DNA of 64,000 nt from Flaccisagitta enflata. Its lineage: Eukaryota. The stretch covers positions 1-64,000 of the forward strand of contig OZ231126.1 of assembly GCA_965153355.1 (NCBI GenBank), written 5' to 3'. Positions 16,590 to 27,980 of the stretch are shown piece by piece. Both the position numbers and the translations under genes were made by a program. Every line of letters begins with the position of its first letter. The stretch's first letter is position 1. Under the pieces are notes generated by a model that was given only the letters and a program-made list of their open reading frames with translations, made no database searches and was not told where the DNA came from.

Positions 16590-16935
16590 CCTTCATCTCA
16601 TCATCCTCATTTCCTTCATTTTCGTCTTCACTTTCGTCTTCATTTTCGTCTTCATTTTCGTCTTCATTTTCGTCCTCATTTTCGTCCTCATTTTCTTCAT
16701 TTTTGTGATCATTTTCGTCCTCATTTTCAACTTCATTTCCATCCTCATTTTCGTCCTCATCTCCGTCTTCATTTTCGTCGTCTTCTCATCCTCATTTTCA
16801 ACTTCACTTTCGTTATCATTTTGGTCTTCATTTTCGTCCTCATTTCTGTCCTCATTTTCGTCCTCATTACTGTCCTCATTTTCGTCCTCATTTTCGTCTT
16901 CATTTTCGTCCTCATTTTCGTCTCCATTTTCATTC
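16590..16935 (+). repeat. 12-bp TTTTCGTCCTCA array just upstream of the ATG (expanded in copy B, 60030-60600)
   Basis: Directly visible; stop-poor, so it extends the listed ORFs upstream of the signal-peptide ATG. Confidence 0.85.
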
Positions 16936-16968
16936 TCCCGACACCGAATTGTGCCTCATTCTTCAATC

Positions 16969-17249
16969 ATGGCCTCCATATTCCGAATTTCCATCGTTGT
17001 CCTGTTGCTCATGACTCTGCATAATTCACATAAAACCGAGGCTGCTCAACATGATGCTCTACAAACTAGACAACACCGACATAACTCACGCAACAGCGAA
17101 GCAGCTCACCATGATGCTCTACAAACTAGACAACACCGACATAACTCACGCATCAGCGAAACCGCTCAACATTTACAACGGTCTCAGCAACATCAACAAC
17201 AGCGGCACAGACGACAAGGCGTCGACCAACACTTACAACAACAACAACG

Positions 17250-17346
<97 letters not shown>

Positions 17347-19849
17347 GTGTTACTTCCTGCCATCGACCCTCATGCATGCTTCAACGACTTGGGCTATCGG
17401 GTTTGTTGTTCCGGTTGGACGAAGACGGATCCCAACGGGCTCTGCGACGCGTTTGAATGCGGTCGTCGATGCGGCGTCGACGGAGTCTGCGTCGGACCAA
17501 ATCGATGCAGATGCGCCGACGGCGTCGTAAGAGACTTTTGTCGACGAGGCGTTGGAGGATCCGCATCCGGATTCTTATCTTCTTCCTCCTCTTCCTCTTC
17601 CTCTTCCTCGGCTGCTGCGCGCGTGTTTCAATCTCTGCGCTGCGGCGTCGATCGAAATTGCCTTCAGAGGGATGCTGCTGCTGCTGCAGCCGCCGCCGCT
17701 GCTTCCGTCGCCGCCGCCGATGCAGCGGCACCGGCGTCACCACCAGTGGCTCCAAATAGAAGACGTGGCTCTGATGGTGGCTTTGGCGCTCGAAGTGGCT
17801 TTGAAACCGGAAGTGGCGCTGGGCGTCATCGCGCCGTCGCTGAGGGAACTCGCAAAGCCTACAGAATTGATGCCAAACTGGAATACGTCGTCGACGAGAA
17901 TGATGACAAGAGTTGGAATCGGAGAAGAACGACGAAGGATGGTGATGATGATCGAGACGATCATGTAAAACGAAGAGAACGGGACGAAGAAGAACAACAA
18001 CGACGGAGAAGGGAATACGAACGACGAAAAAGAAAGGAACAAGAGGAAGAAGAACAAAGAATTCAAGAGGAAGAACGAAGACGAAGACAGGATGACGAAC
18101 AACGGAGAAGACGAGAAAGAGAACAACAACAACAACAACAACAAGAACAAAGAAGAAAGAGAGAGGAAGAAGAACGAAAAAAACGAAGAGAAGAAGAACT
18201 GAAAAGACGGGAGAGAGAACAACAACAAGAACAGAAAAGAAGGGAAGAGGAACAAAGACGGAGAAGGGAAGAAGAACAAAGACGAAGGGACGAAGAACAG
18301 AGACGTGGTGAAACCGAACGGAGTCGACCGGATGTAGAACAACAGCAACAACAACAACAACGACATGGTCGCCAACATCAGGAAGAATACATTAGACAAC
18401 AACAAACTCAACAACAACAACGAGAACGACAATCAGTATTAGAGAGACAGCAACGTCAAGAACGTCAGAGATCCTTCGATTCCATCGACAATCAACGTCG
18501 TAACTATCGACCGGCCGTTCCAGAAACGCAGTATCGGCCATCTGGATCGCAATATCAGCCCGCAGGCTCACAATATCGGCCTACAGGATCAGATTACCGG
18601 CCCTCAGGGCCCGGATATCGGCCTACAGGGTCGGAATATCGGCCTGCGACAGCTGAATATCAGCCAACAGGGTCAAATTACCAGCCTACAGCAGCAGAGT
18701 ACAGGCCTGGGGGCTTCCAATTGGACCCCTCCCGACGCACGGTCGACTTCTCATCTTTCTCTTCCTCCTCTTCCTCTTCCTCTTCCTCCCATCCACGCCC
18801 CAACAACTTCGTCGACTCTTTCGGCTGGCCAATCGACGACCTCCTTCGCCAAACCTGCAACAACGCCGGATGTCATCAACTCTGCGATCACGACGCCGCC
18901 TCTCCGCACTCTCGTCCGCCTCGATGTCGATGCCTTCGTGGATTCGTGCTGCAGACTGACGGACGAACTTGCGTGGATCTTGACGAGTGCGGAGTCTACA
19001 AAATCCGTTGCGATCATTTTTGCCGCAATACAGTCGGTGGGTTCATGTGCGCGTGTCGGGCAGGATACAGGCTGGCTGCTAATGGGAGGACTTGCGTGCC
19101 GGAGCAGAGGATAAGGATCGGTGGAAGTGGTGGTATTCGTGGTGGTGTAGGTGGCAGGGGTGGTAGAGGTGGCGTTGGAGGTGGTGGCTTTGGCGTAGGT
19201 GCTGGCGCTAGCGGAATTGGGAGTGGTATTGTAGGACAGGGAGGAGCTGTTAGAGTGATAGATGGCGGGAGCAGACAACCCGGTTATGGACACGCTGCAG
19301 CTTCGGCAGCTGCAGCAGCATCTTCGGCATCCTCGTCCTCCTCCTCCTCATCGTATGGTGCAGCCTACGGAGCTCCGATTGAAGCAGTGGACCGCGTCGT
19401 TGGATCGAGGAATGAGGCCGTCAACCGCATCCTTGGAAAAGGTCTTCAAAGCGATGATGGAGATCTGGAAGGCGTCGTCGTCCACGGAGGCAGAGAGGGA
19501 GTCTTTGTCGATCGCAGACCGGAAGCAGGAGGAGTAGGAGGAAGAGGAAGAGGAAGAGGAGGAGAAGCAGAAGCAGTAGGTGGTGATGCAGGAAGAGGGG
19601 GAGATGCAGCACCGTCGTCTTCGCTATGTCAGGGAGTTGACTGCGGCGGCGGCTGCAATGGTGGTGCGTGTGGTGATGGATGCGGCGGAGGCGCCGCAGG
19701 ATGCGGCCCCAGATGCGGTGGAATAGCTGGATGCGATGATGGATGCGGCGGAAGCGCGGGATGCGGTCAAGGATTGGTCCTGGAATCTCAACTAGGATTT
19801 CAACTGCCAAAACTGAATCCAGGTGATAATCCAAATACCCCAACAATGT
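16969..19849 (+). CDS. Exon 1 of a secreted multi-EGF/cbEGF extracellular protein, copy A
   Basis: ATG 16969 begins MASIFRISIVVLLLMTLH (signal peptide). Followed by polyQ; PHAC..CCSGW..C..C..C..CVGPNRCRCADG..C (FUN-like+EGF, 17362-17541); E/R-rich helix; Y[RQ]P heptads; EGF+cbEGF with DLDEC..C..C.NTVGGFMC.C (18856-19096); Gly-rich and Cys-Gly tracts. Phase-1 donor T|GTAAAC after 19849; G|GTGATA after 19822 is an in-phase alternative. Confidence 0.88.
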
Positions 19850-21157
19850 GTAAACAAGACCATTTATATAGCTTGTGTCTCTTATCTTGCATCTAAAGAG
19901 GACGCATCTATTATACATATGTGGGTCTTGTTAGAATAGCTTACGGTGGCTCGAAAGGCCGACAAGCTAGTGATGTACTAAAAGGGATACATAAATGCAT
20001 ATAAATGCATAAACATACATAAATATACTTAAATATATATAAATGCAAAAATGCATCGATTCAAGACGCTCATGTCCTTGAACACATACTTTTGCAATTC
20101 TCAGAGTCTTCTGTCATTCTTATAACGAGACCGTCAGGACGTCATTTAAAAGTATTATTAATGACATGCTCAATAATGAATTTGGCACAGTAATTCACAA
20201 AATGTCACCCAAAATATCATTAATGACGTCTGCTTCCGGGTTAGAATTCCTTTTTTCCCTTTCCTCAAACCCGCCGATTTTTCAAAACAGGTGCTCCTAG
20301 TTTTGGATGTATGATTTTGTTGATATATGCTAGAACAAGGTCGGGTACATGGCTAATTGGCTACCCTATTCGCGTGCGTGTGGGCAGGGGCAGTGATAGA
20401 GTAGGTCACTGGGGAATTTGGGCTGGAGCAGTGAGCTTAAAACGCTCAAAAAGGCTGAGAAAGTAAAAAGGGGACCGACCAACCGACCAACCGACCGACG
20501 GACAAAGCGGGATGTAGAGTCGAGTAGCACACGACTAAAAAAAGAGGAAAACCGTTCATCTCATTCATGCATCTCCCTAGCCAGTGTCTATCCGTCCGTC
20601 ACAGTGTCTTTACTATCTGGCGATGCTGATCAGTAAAAGTCAGTAAATGGGAGGTGATATTAAATATTTATGGATTTGCAATTAATTTGTAAAAATTTTT
20701 ACACCAATAGATAAACGCATGTTAGAGGTTGAAACTTTTTTTGAAGATACTATGTTTGTTTGCAATAAATTTTTCGCGCAAAAAGTGATGAGCTGATCCA
20801 GGTTGTCGTGTCAGTCCGCCTGTCAGTACGCCTGTCAGTCCACCTGTCAGTCCGCCTGTCAGTTCGCCCGTCAGTCCGCCTGGCAGTTCGCCTGTCAGTC
20901 CATCTGTCAATTCGCCTGTCAGTTCGCCTGTCAGTTCGCCTGTCAGTTCGCCTGTCAGTCTGCCTGTCAGTCCGTCCGATTGTCCATCTGCATGCAATTG
21001 GGCCTCCCAAAACCTGAGGCTCGCGTGTGTAGGGGGAATTGAAACAGGTGCAGGTGCCCGTCTTAAAACGATGTAACAATTTTGTGAAAAGGGTTACGGG
21101 CCGATCTTTGAACTCAAGAGAGAAAGGGGATAATGCGAATGACAGGAAATTACGAAT

Positions 21158-21238
<81 letters not shown>

Positions 21239-21297
21239 TTAGAGACAAAAACAGACATACAGACTGTCTGACAGAGAGATAGAGATAGAGATAAATA

Positions 21298-21902
21298 CTA
21301 TCTTGGTCAAATTAAGAGTCCGCCATGTTTTCTTATATTGTGGCTAGATCATTCAAAAAAACAAATTGGTCACCATGAGAAAGCTCTGCGAAAATGCGAT
21401 CTAATGCCACCAAGCAGACCTCTGTAGCTCAATTCGTTTAGATTTTACAGAAGAAAGAGTAAAATGATTCATTTTGATTTCTAATGTAAAAATCATTGAT
21501 TTCTGTTTTTGAAATTCCAGCAGCATCATTTGGATATCTTCTATATATAGAAATTATAGAAACATAAGAAAATTGGTGACCGTTGTAAAGAGCTTCAGAA
21601 GAGCTTACATTTGCCGCCAAGCAGAGCTCATTTGCTCCAATCGTTTAGATTTTACAATAAAAATTAGTAAAAGCCTCACTATAAAACCAAAGTGGCAAAA
21701 ACAGATAAAAGAGATGAGAAACCTGTCACACGCAAATCAGTGATGCTGCTATATGATACTTTAAAAATCACTATACAAGCAACATCTTGTACCAAAATAT
21801 GTTAAAATAAACTTCTGCAATAAGAAAACCGGTTTTTCTGATCAATATTCAAGGTTTAAGAACTAAATTCAATTGCGAGGACTCTTATTTTGACCAAGAT
21901 AG
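21298..21902. mobile_element. Tc1/mariner-type MITE in intron 1
   Basis: TA|CTATCTTGGTCAAATTAAGAGTCC ... GGACTCTTATTTTGACCAAGATAG|TA. Confidence 0.85.
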
Positions 21903-22243
21903 TATAGACAGGAAGACAGACAGACAGGAAGACAGACAGGCAGACAGACAAAGAGAAACAAGCAGACGGAAAGGAACAAAGAGATAGAGAAGGAGGAAGA
22001 CAATCAGACGAATAGATGGGAAGAAACAAATCAAAGGACTGAAAACGAATTCGAGTTAAATGTGTGGATAGCTAAGTCTCCCAATTCGTCTTTTGAAGCG
22101 TTTAGATGCGCATTATTGATCTCAACAGTGTCGTCGTATTGTAACATGATGTATTTTCTTTTATGTTTGCCAGCAAATCCGCCAGGCGATTGATATTTAA
22201 CAAAATTCAGCTTTCACAACTCTAAATGCATAATGCAGCTTTA

Positions 22244-22749
22244 ACGGTGGCAAAAAAAAAAAACGGGACAAATTTTTGAGGTCGCAAAAACCTATGAAGA
22301 TGATATCCGATTTTGATGAAATTTTTGGTCAATGATGTATATAGCTTGAATAATATCAGGTTCAAATTTCATCGCAATCCATCAACTATTTAGCCCAAAA
22401 TCGTACTTTTTCTGAAGTACCCTATCAGTTGGAATGCGCAAGTAGCGATATTTTCTGATATCATAAATATCAATTCTGAAGTAGAATTAGTGTAGCTCCA
22501 AAACTACTTCGAGTTTTTTGATTATTTTTTAAATGTAGCCTAATGATACTATTGACTAATTACAGGCCAAATTTTGTGATATTAGGATGTCATCTTGAGG
22601 GGTAAATAATGATCTAACATTTACACATCAAAAATTTATAAAAAATTTATTGCTCATATAACTGTATGACTAATTGAGCATATAAAAAATGCTTGGATCT
22701 TCATAAAAAGCATAAGAAGCATTTGTTCCGTTTTTATTTTTGCCACCGT
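22244..22749. mobile_element. Tc1/mariner-type MITE in intron 1
   Basis: TA|ACGGTGGCAAAAA..AACGGGACAAAT ... ATTTGTTCCGTTT..TTTTTGCCACCGT|TA. Confidence 0.8.
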
Positions 22750-23167
22750 TACCAATGTACAATTTTACTAAATGGCATGAAATGTAATCACGACTCGTTG
22801 AAATTAGAGACTACAATTTTTCACTTAATTGATTGGGTATGAAAAAGAAATGGCAACATTAGATGTGCATCATTGATAAAAAAAAAATTGCACTTAAATT
22901 GAATCCAATGTAACAAGATCGATCTGTGCGGAATATATAATATATAGTAGTAAAAGAAAGTTTAATAAGTGGGATTGACTTGATTTTTACGCTCCAAAAC
23001 CGAACATGACAGGTCGAGGCGCTGTTTTCGCTTACGAGGCAAACATTGTTACTTTGACGGTTATCTGACAAGAAGCAACTCATGTCAAATCTTGAAAATG
23101 GTTTTACTCATCGTTCTTTTATTTCGTCATTCTTCTCTTCCCTTTCTGCCATTCTGTCTATTCCTCT

Positions 23168-23230
<63 letters not shown>

Positions 23231-23251
23231 TATTGTCTTATTGTCTTATTG

Positions 23252-23316
<65 letters not shown>

Positions 23317-23329
23317 TTCATCTCTGCAG

Positions 23330-23547
23330 GCGATATCTTACTGTCCGTATCTGATTGTTTGGACCAGCGGGAGACAGAAGAGTTCCCCGACAAAGTGGTC
23401 TACACAGCCTGCGCTGATTTGGCAGGAACCAATCCCGAATTCAACTCATTCGAGAACAACAATAGCAACAATAACAACAACAATAATAACATCAACAACA
23501 ACATCAATGATAATAACAATAATCGCCCGGTTGGACAATTCAATGGC

Positions 23548-23624
<77 letters not shown>

Positions 23625-24169
23625 CCAACGTCGGGTCGAATTTATCGATCAGGTCGAGGATGGATACAAATTTGTCGGCAAAGAAAACAATTTTGGCCAC
23701 TCTTCTTCTTCTTCTTCTTCTTCTGATGATTCTGCGGACGTTTTAAGTCAGGACTCTCCGTACTCATCGTCGTCGTCGTCGTCGTCATCGTCATCGTCGT
23801 CATCGTTATCGTCGTCGTCGTCGTCGTCTTCGTCATCCTCGTTCAAAACTAAAGAGGACAGAACGATTAAACCGGAAAGTGGTCAAGGCGGTGGCAGAGG
23901 AGGAGGAGTAGGAGGAGGAAGAGGAGGAGTAGGAGGAGGAAGAGGAGTAGGAGGAAGAGGAGGAAAACCGGAAGGAAGAGGTGGCTTTGAAACCACGGAA
24001 TGCAACCTAAACTGCAAGAATGGCGGCAAATGCTACGCTGTGGCGGACGCGGGAGCGGCTGGGGCGGCAGGGGCGGCGGGGGCGGCAGGGGCGGCAGTGG
24101 CAGAAAAGTCATTCACACCAAGATTCCAATGCGTCTGTCCACCAGCGTTCCAAGGAGATCGTTGTCAAG
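23330..24169 (+). CDS. Exon 2 (polyN, polyS, GGGR tract, EGF)
   Basis: (CT)n tract then TGCAG| acceptor, phase 1. Open frame ends CNLNCKNGGKC...CVCPPAFQGDRCQ with donor G|GTAAAA at 24170. Confidence 0.85.
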
Positions 24170-24210
24170 GTAAAACGTTATGAAGGATGATGACGATGAT
24201 GATGATGATA

Positions 24211-24276
<66 letters not shown>

Positions 24277-24318
24277 GGATGATGATGATGATGATGATGG
24301 GGATGATGATGATGATGA

Positions 24319-24366
<48 letters not shown>

Positions 24367-24367
24367 A

Positions 24368-24447
<80 letters not shown>

Positions 24448-24884
24448 TGATGATGATGATAAAAGCTATTGATGATAAATCATAACAATTATCATGACGA
24501 CGATGTCAAAGATCATGAAACCGACGACAAAAAACATGGCAATAATGCATGATGACAGACATGTTAACAATGACAAATAGATTGACAATGATGACAGTCA
24601 TGCTAACAATGACGAAAATCACGTTAATGATTTCAAGAGGGCAGAGTAAAGAAGCTGCCGAACGGATCACTAAGAAGTATTTTCGTCCTAATCCTCTTTT
24701 AATCTGACTTTTTTCAACTTTGGATCGGGGTTTAAAAAAAGCAAACAGAGAAATAGGAAATAGGGGGAGATGGTTTTAAAGGCAAATATGCCGCAAATTC
24801 AAAGCATTTCTTCATTTGTAAATTCAGCTTGATTTATCTTTGATCTCATTTGCATATTACAATTTCGTTTATTTCTAAACACAG

Positions 24885-24957
24885 ATGATGTCGACGAATG
24901 CAATGTCATCAATCATGGTTGCAACTATGGCTGTGAAAATCTTCATGGCTCCTACAG
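24885..24957 (+). CDS. Exon 3 (N-terminal half of a cbEGF)
   Basis: ACACAG|AT GAT GTC GAC GAA TGC = (D)DVDECNVINHGCNYGCENLHGSY(R); donor AG|GTAGAG; enters phase 1, exits phase 2. Confidence 0.88.
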
Positions 24958-25181
24958 GTAGAGAATGATGGTGATGATGATGATGATGATAATGATGATG
25001 ATGATGATGATTTTGATCTTGATGATGATGATGATTAGGTTGATGATGATGATGATGATGATGATGATCATGATGATAGTGACAACTATTGAGAATTTAA
25101 TCTCCTTGTCCACAGAGATGCAGATGCTCATTAGGACATAAATGATGCTCATGTAACTGTAAGTCTTTTTTGTCTTAACAG

Positions 25182-25232
25182 GTGCAAATGCCCATCAGGT
25201 CACAGATTACATCAAGACGGAAAAAAATGCAT

Positions 25233-25236
<4 letters not shown>
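25182..25236 (+). CDS. Exon 4 (C-terminal half of the cbEGF); canonical donor missing
   Basis: TTAACAG|G TGC AAA TGC = (R)CKCPSGHRLHQDGKKCIK, completing the exon-3 cbEGF. Followed directly by (AG)n with no GT; the end is inferred from the phase-0 acceptor at 25425. Confidence 0.72.
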
Positions 25237-25309
<73 letters not shown>

Positions 25310-25424
25310 GAGAGACAGAGAGACAGCGAGAGATACATGGACAAAGACAAAGATTGAAAAACAGACACATAAACAGACTTTGATTTCATTCATTGTTTCA
25401 TCTTCATTCCTCCCCCCTCCTCAG

Positions 25425-26319
25425 CTATGTCGTCCCATCTGTCAAAACGGTGGTCGGTGCATCACGGGTGTCTGTCGGTGTCCTTTTGGGTGGACGGGAA
25501 GCTCCTGCACGCGAGATGTCGACGAATGTGCGGCATTTAATCACGGCTGCGTCCACGAATGCCGCAACTTCAGAGGAGGCTTCACGTGCGTCTGCCCTAA
25601 AGGATCCGTGCTGCAACCAGATGGAAGATCCTGCGAAGTCATTCAAAACAATCCACCAGCGGATGCTGATGTGAGTTTACAGCAACAACAGCATCATCTT
25701 CAACAACAGCAACAACAACAACGACAACAACAACAGTATCAACAGCATCAACCTTACCAACTTCAGCATCAAAAGCCTCGACATCGACAGCATTATGATC
25801 CACCACAAAGACAGTATCAAGGTCATGCTGTATCGTCCAAAGCCATTGACGTAGCATCACCATCTTCACCGCGCTTCTCGAGCGTCTTGTCAACATCTTC
25901 GAGGGTTGACGAAACTGTGCAGCCGCTTCATCCCTCAAAACTGCGCCTGATTCATAATCACGAAGACAGACGGAAAAATATCATTCATCATCACGATAAA
26001 GATGAACAATTTGATGACAAATGGAGAAGTGGATCAAGGAAGAATAATCCAAGAGACGACGGTGACTCTCATAATCAAGGACAGCGTCATCCACAGCATC
26101 ATCAACAGCATCATCAACGACATCGTCAGCGGCGTCCTGAGAGTCGTCTTCAACGGGAACATCACCAACGACCTTTGCAGGAGCAGCGCCATGGCGATAC
26201 ACTACTTCAACAGGAACATCACCAACGACCTCAGCAGGAGCAGCGCCATTGAGATACTCTTGTTGAATCAGATACTTGCCGATTTGATTACAACTGCAGA
26301 CACGGGAAAAGATGCATAG
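25425..26319 (+). CDS. Exon 5 (EGF, cbEGF, Q/H/R-rich spacer, start of EGF) with an in-frame TGA at 26250-26252
   Basis: CCTCCTCAG|CTA TGT = LCRPICQNGGRCITGVCRCPFGWTGSSCTRDVDEC...C. After the TGA the same frame reads DTLVESDTCRFDYNCRHGKRCI up to donor G|GTTAGT at 26320. Confidence 0.75.
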
Positions 26320-26719
26320 GTTAGTATGCCAGCATATTCAACTGAATAGATCTAATAAAAAAGGAATTGCTATGAAATATAGTGGTCTGTCTGTTGTCTT
26401 CTCTGCTGACATGTGGTACATTTTGGTTCTGTATATAATTTTTCAATAAATTTTCTTTTACCCAACTTTTTTGTTTGTGTCCATATGTGTGTCATCTTAT
26501 CATCTGCAAACACGCAACACTCCAAGAGGCTTTATCCATCTGTCTCTTAATCTGTCCATTGGTCCATCTGTTAACCATGCTGAAGTTGAAACCTGCATTC
26601 CCACCCCTCCCCCCCTCTTCCCCATCCACTGTGTCATTATGACCCTGGTTAACTTGTCGTTTGCAAATGGCCTATCTTGAATCTTTCTCATCGATTCATC
26701 TTTTTTTTATATTTCACAG

Positions 26720-26898
26720 ATGGTAAATGTTTGTGTCCTACCGGACGCCGAGGAAATCAATGCCAAGAAGATGAAAATGAATGTGAAAAACTGGAAACAA
26801 ATCCTTGCTCACACACTTGCCATAACACCCAAGGGTCCTTTTATTGTACTTGTCCTCCTAACATGAGACTAGGACCCAACCAACACCAATGCGTTTGA
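26720..26898 (+). CDS. Exon 6, probably terminal (end of EGF plus cbEGF)
   Basis: Poly-T tract, TTCACAG|AT, phase 1: (D)GKCLCPTGRRGNQCQEDENECEKLETNPCSHTCHNTQGSFYCTCPPNMRLGPNQHQCV then TGA. Confidence 0.85.
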
Positions 26899-27980
26899 GA
26901 ACAGCCAAAAAAATCAAGGGTCCTTTTATTGCCCGTGCCCTCCTTATGTGACACTAGGACCCTATCAACACAGATCCGTGTGAGAATTGCCATTACAATC
27001 GTGTCCTTATACAGCACTTGTCCTCCCAACTTGAGGCTAGGACCCAATTAACAAAGAAACCTTTGAAAACTGCTTTGAGGCAAACTGATAGGTCGACCAA
27101 CAGAAGACAGATTCATGTGACAATTCTATATTGTTCTACTTGGAATTGAATGCTTTTGAAACACTGATTTGTAATTGGCGGTTGGTCACTTTTTGTTAAA
27201 TTTGTCACCATCCTAAAGTTTTTGTGTTATTTCAGCATTTTTGCTCTGGCTCTATTGTGCGATTGTCTTGAATTTCATGTTTTTATCATTTTTTCATTTC
27301 TTTGCAATCATGCGCTTATCCATCCATTTGTACAACATCACTTTTATGACATCTTACCAGGAAACCATAACATTGAAATATTGATTCCAATTCAACCTCA
27401 ATAATTTACACTGGTAATCTCCTTAAAATCTGTACATTTTCTGTCCCGTCTAACATGTCAATTTTGATAGATCCATCTAAAATCCTTTTAAATTTCTGCT
27501 ATTCTGATGTCATGAGATAAGCACAGGTTACAGGAAATTGGGTTCTGAATATGACTTTCGAGCAACGTTGTACCTTATCTGCCTCTCCATGCCCATATTT
27601 CATTTGCCAATTGTTGATTAAAGATGTCAAATTTGCCCTCATAATTTCACACAATATGATCATTTTTCCTTTTTTTTACATTTTCCAATAGTCTATGTTT
27701 GAATTTGATATTTTTCATTGTTAGAATTCCTCTTTCATCAATCATCAAGCACCCCCTGTTTGCCATAAATAAAAACATGACTACCTCCTGGTATGGATGA
27801 TGTTCATAAGCCGAATTTTATCTGATACAGTTTCATTTACTGGTAAGGTTTGTCTTCAAGACCCTACTACGCTACTTTACACTGTAATAGCGTCACTGTT
27901 TTACTAGGAGTGGTGTGCAAGGCCCAATTGTTCACCTTTTCATACCAGGGCATCAGTAATCTTAGGTAGAAATGGAGACC

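Noticed and set aside
16537-16968. Hydrophobic FIFV N-terminal extension of the 1119-aa ORF as a multi-pass membrane region
   Set aside because: It is a 12-bp repeat artefact, read in a different frame in copy B, and a clean signal-peptide ATG exists at 16969/60631.
17041-17160. HDAL motif matching the fibrillin-1 N-terminus; calling the gene fibrillin
   Set aside because: A four-residue match may be chance, and there are no TB/8-Cys domains or long cbEGF runs, so no gene symbol is assigned.
17381-19918. Antisense and alternate-frame ORFs over exon 1 (also 61118-63442)
   Set aside because: They are shadows of a low-complexity coding strand, with no domains and different extents in the two copies.
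25671-25676. Strong GTGAGT donor as the true end of exon 5
   Set aside because: It is phase 0, whereas the visible downstream acceptors (26271, 26719) need phase 1, and skipping to exon 6 would lose half an EGF. An unseen acceptor cannot be fully excluded.
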